A stretch of DNA of 64,000 bases from Parcubacteria group bacterium LiPW_41 (GTDB lineage Bacteria > Patescibacteriota > Minisyncoccia > UBA6257 > GWB1-50-10), in NCBI GenBank assembly GCA_007375535.1, contig VMEM01000001.1, forward strand, positions 39,462 through 103,461, in the 5' to 3' direction. The notes beneath the pieces are model-generated. The model was not told the DNA's origin, did not search any database, and was given only the letters and a program-made list of their open reading frames with translations. Numbering within the stretch: the first letter of the stretch is position 1; each line of letters begins with the position of its first letter. The position numbers were made by a program, and so were the translations under genes. Shown here in pieces: positions 60,468 to 64,000 of this stretch.

Positions 60468-60884
60468 ATGAAACAGGTGGTCACAAGTCATATCGAAAAA
60501 ATTCGCCACTCTGATGAACACACAAAGCGTTGGTGGGTGATAGGAGCAACAACAATTGTTATGTGTGCTGTTATTGTTTTGTGGGTTATGTATCTTACTG
60601 CGACACTTCCGAAAACAAGCGAACAAAAAACATCAACTGAAGTTGTACAAATAGAAACAGAAAAAACTTCTTTTTTAGGGACATTAATTGAAGGAGTAAA
60701 AATCACTTCAAATAATTTATGGAATTCGTTTCGTTCAATAGGAACAGGATTTTCAAAAGGAGTAGAAAATGCAATGCAATACACATCAAAAAAGAAAGAA
60801 ATAATAATACAAAAAGCACCATCAGAAACGCCTTTCATACCAAATAATCCAGAACCATTAGAACCAATACAACTACCACAATAA
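60468..60884 (+). CDS. Single-TM hypothetical protein
   Basis: One hydrophobic helix; operonic with gyrA. Confidence 0.6.
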   Translation: MKQVVTSHIEKIRHSDEHTKRWWVIGATTIVMCAVIVLWVMYLTATLPKTSEQKTSTEVVQIETEKTSFLGTLIEGVKITSNNLWNSFRSIGTGFSKGVENAMQYTSKKKEIIIQKAPSETPFIPNNPEPLEPIQLPQ

Positions 60885-60887
60885 TCT

Positions 60888-63362
60888 ATGAAAAAAGAAG
60901 AAAAGAAAATTGAAATAATAGAAGAGTCAATTCAACCACAAGAAATCACAGAAGAAATGCAGAAGTCGTATTTGAGTTACGCGATGTCTGTTATTGTTTC
61001 TCGTGCTCTTCCTGACGTGCGTGATGGACTCAAGCCTGTACAACGAAGAATATTGTGGGGAATGTGGGATATGGGACTCACCCATACGGTAAAATTTAAA
61101 AAATCTGCAAACGTCGTTGGAGAGGTTATGGGAAAATATCATCCACATGGAGATCAAGCAATTTATGACTCAATGGCTCGCATGGCACAAGACTTTTCTC
61201 TTCGTTATACACTCGTTGATGGACAAGGAAACTGGGGATCGATAGATGGAGATGCGCCTGCTGCAATGCGTTATACCGAAGCACGACTTACGAAAATCTC
61301 TGCAGAGCTTCTTACTGATATCGAAAAGGGAACTGTTGATTGGAATCAAAATTATGATAACTCTCGCGTTGAGCCTGCGTTTCTTCCAGCAAAACTTCCA
61401 CATCTTCTATTAAATGGAACGGTTGGTATTGCGGTTGGTATGGCGACATCAATCCCACCTCATAATTTACACGAGATAATCAATGCAACAATGCATCTCG
61501 CGAAGCACCCCGATTCTTCAACAAAAGATCTAATGCAGTTTGTTCCGGGTCCTGATTTTCCAACTGGTGGTGTAATCTTTGATAAAAAAGCGCTCGAAGA
61601 AGCATATGCAACAGGACGTGGATCAGTGACTATTCGCGCAGTAGCAGAGGTTGAGGAACGAAAAAATGGAAGCTTCCAAATTGTTATCACAGAAATTCCT
61701 TATCAGGTAAACAAATCTGATCTCATCACAAAGATGGCAGAACTCGCGCAAGAAAAACGCATTGAAGGAATTAGAGATCTTCGCGACGAGTCAGATAGAG
61801 ACGGACTCCGTATTGTTGTTGAAATTAAGAACGACGCAACACCACAAAAAGTATTAAATCAATTATTCCAATATACTGAGTTGCAAAAGAATTTCTATTT
61901 CAATATGTTGGCACTTGAAAATGGAATTTCACCTCGTATCTTCTCATTAAAGGATATTCTTTCTGCATATCTTGATCACCGAAAAATTATTGTAAGAAGG
62001 AGAACGGAGTTTGACCTCAAAAAAGCAGAAGATCGCGCACACATTCTTGAGGGACTCGCCACCGCACTCGATGTAATCGATAAAATTATCGAGACGATCA
62101 AAAAATCAAAAGACAAAGATGAGGCGCGCACAAATTTGATGAAGAAATTCAAACTTTCTGAACTTCAAGCAAATGCAATTCTTGAAATGCGCCTACAATC
62201 GCTTGCTGCTCTCGAAAGAATTAAGATTGAGGAGGAATTAAAAGAAAAGAAAAAATTCATTGCAGAATGTAAGGCGATTTTGAAATCTGAAGAACGAATT
62301 CTTGGAATTATTACTGATGAATTGAGTGGTCTCAAAACCACCTATCCAAGCGAAAGGAAAACAAAACTTGTTTCTTCTGGAATAAAAGAATTTAAAGAAG
62401 AGGATTTAATTCAAAACGAAGAGGTTATTGTGACCCTAAGCCAAGATGGATATATAAAGCGAATGCCCCCAACGGTATTCAAGGCACAACGAAGGGGTGG
62501 AAAGGGACTTATTGGGTTTGAATTAAAAGAAGAAGATCAAATCCATAAAATTATCACCGCAAACACACACGATAATATACTTTTCTTCACCGATAAGGGA
62601 CGCGTATTTCAAACAAAGGTATACGAGATTCCTATTGCCTCTCGCACCTCAAAAGGAAAGTCGGTACACAATTTCCTCACACTTCCACCAAATGAAAAAA
62701 TCTGCTCAGTGGTGAATTACGAAGGAATTGAAGGTGGAAAGCGAGGGGAAGGAAGTGGATTCCTTGTTATGGCAACACGCGATGGCATTATAAAGAAAAC
62801 AGACTTTAAAGATTTTTCTAGCGTACGAAGAACAGGAATTATTGCTATTACACTAAAGGATGACGACGTTCTTCAGTGGGCTGACCGATCTTCTGGAGAG
62901 GACGAAATAATTCTCGTAACAGCAAATGGGCAATCAATTCGATTTAAAGAAAAAGATGTGCGCGCAATGGGAAGAACCGCATCAGGAATCAAAGCAATAA
63001 ACTTAAAAAATAAAGATGTTGTTGCAGGATTTTCTATAATCGGAAAGGGAACTAAATCGGATACACAATTCCTAGTTATTATGGGAAATGGATATGCGAA
63101 ACAGACACCAATAAAAGAATATAAGGTACAAAAAAGAGGTGGAAGTGGAATTCGAACCGCAAAAACAACAGATAAAACAGGAAAAGTAGTTGCAGCACAC
63201 GTGATTGATCCTGAAGCAGAAGAAGTCATTGTTTTTTCTTCAAAAGGACAAGTAATTCGAACAAAACTCTCTGATATACGCGTTGCAGGACGAGCTACAC
63301 AAGGAGTACGAATGATGAATCTTGATAAAGGAGATTCGATTATGGGAATTGTAGCTTTATAA
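60888..63362 (+). CDS. gyrA: DNA gyrase subunit A
   Basis: [13 protein letters not shown]; YHPHGD; AAMRYTEAR; GyrA-box QRRGGKG. Confidence 0.98.
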   Translation: MKKEEKKIEIIEESIQPQEITEEMQKSYLSYAMSVIVSRALPDVRDGLKPVQRRILWGMWDMGLTHTVKFKKSANVVGEVMGKYHPHGDQAIYDSMARMAQDFSLRYTLVDGQGNWGSIDGDAPAAMRYTEARLTKISAELLTDIEKGTVDWNQNYDNSRVEPAFLPAKLPHLLLNGTVGIAVGMATSIPPHNLHEIINATMHLAKHPDSSTKDLMQFVPGPDFPTGGVIFDKKALEEAYATGRGSVTIRAVAEVEERKNGSFQIVITEIPYQVNKSDLITKMAELAQEKRIEGIRDLRDESDRDGLRIVVEIKNDATPQKVLNQLFQYTELQKNFYFNMLALENGISPRIFSLKDILSAYLDHRKIIVRRRTEFDLKKAEDRAHILEGLATALDVIDKIIETIKKSKDKDEARTNLMKKFKLSELQANAILEMRLQSLAALERIKIEEELKEKKKFIAECKAILKSEERILGIITDELSGLKTTYPSERKTKLVSSGIKEFKEEDLIQNEEVIVTLSQDGYIKRMPPTVFKAQRRGGKGLIGFELKEEDQIHKIITANTHDNILFFTDKGRVFQTKVYEIPIASRTSKGKSVHNFLTLPPNEKICSVVNYEGIEGGKRGEGSGFLVMATRDGIIKKTDFKDFSSVRRTGIIAITLKDDDVLQWADRSSGEDEIILVTANGQSIRFKEKDVRAMGRTASGIKAINLKNKDVVAGFSIIGKGTKSDTQFLVIMGNGYAKQTPIKEYKVQKRGGSGIRTAKTTDKTGKVVAAHVIDPEAEEVIVFSSKGQVIRTKLSDIRVAGRATQGVRMMNLDKGDSIMGIVAL

Positions 63363-63424
63363 GATAAGAGAATAAAAAACACCCCACTAACTATTTAGTG
63401 GGGTGTTGCGTTATAATTAATTCA

Positions 63425-64000
63425 ATGAATAAATCTCGGTCACTTATCATTGGTGCGGTCGCAATTGGAATATCACTTTTTATACTTATTCTCATTGGAA
63501 TACTCCCAGGGCTTAATAGTAATGAACCAAAAAATAATCCAATTTCTATCTCAGTTTGGGGAATAGAAAATGATAAAAACTTCTTTTCTCAATCTGCAGA
63601 CATATTAAAGACCGAATATCCAAACTTCTCAATACAATATAGAAACTTCCCAGACGAAGAAACATATATTTATGCGCTCAATGAAGCATTTTCAATCGGG
63701 AATGCACCAGACATCATCATGGTTTCAAATGCTGATGTCCCAAAAATGAAAACAAAAATTGCCCAAATACCAGAACAATACATCACACAACTTCAACTCC
63801 AACAAGCATTCCCAGAAACAGTGTGGAGATATGATTTTGCGGATAAAAACGGAGTCTATGCACTTCCATTCACAATCGACACGCTCGTTCTTTATTACAA
63901 TCGAGATATTTTGGGAAATGCTGGGATTGTTTATCCACCAGAAACATGGGAGTCACTCGAAGAAATGGTTCCAAAACTCACAAAAAAGAACGCCACAGGA
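63425..64000 (+). CDS. Extracellular solute-binding protein (family 1), runs off the window
   Basis: N-terminal TM helix, VWG, APDII, YALPFTIDTLVLYYNRD, PPETWE. Confidence 0.85.
   Translation, partial: MNKSRSLIIGAVAIGISLFILILIGILPGLNSNEPKNNPISISVWGIENDKNFFSQSADILKTEYPNFSIQYRNFPDEETYIYALNEAFSIGNAPDIIMVSNADVPKMKTKIAQIPEQYITQLQLQQAFPETVWRYDFADKNGVYALPFTIDTLVLYYNRDILGNAGIVYPPETWESLEEMVPKLTKKNATG

Noticed and set aside
62873-63382. 169-aa antisense ORF in gyrA, and similar antisense ORFs in leuS, infB, ftsH and nusA
   Set aside because: Typical antisense shadows of conserved genes.

Overview
AT-rich bacterial chromosomal segment whose gene content points to a Patescibacteria/CPR (Parcubacteria-like) genome. 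This is an inference from the short infB, valS and recO, the homodimeric-type glyS, mostly leaderless genes and tRNA-Ile(UAU). The window holds housekeeping genes (tyrS, clpP, rbfA, infB, alr, leuS, metG, glyS, tsaD, nusA, valS, ftsK, recA, folD, ftsH, rpsA-like, gyrA), 13 tRNA genes, three parS sites and many single-gene orphan cassettes. The standout feature is a family of ~165-190 bp elements following the last tRNA of 7 of the 9 tRNA transcription units. Each has a long hairpin, then a 10-15 nt segment complementary to that particular tRNA's T-arm, then a structured core, and usually a second copy of the tRNA 3' end. Cores are homologous between different tRNAs and show compensatory base changes, while the ends match the resident tRNA. 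Two endonuclease-like ORFs end inside tRNA 5' ends in the same region. Other notable items are a ~320-nt candidate structured ncRNA, a MITE-like tandem array, parS sites paired with a 24-bp box, and a split between leaderless core genes and orphan cassettes carrying a promoter, a boxA-like motif and a Shine-Dalgarno site. All calls were made by eye; no searches or folding programs were run.
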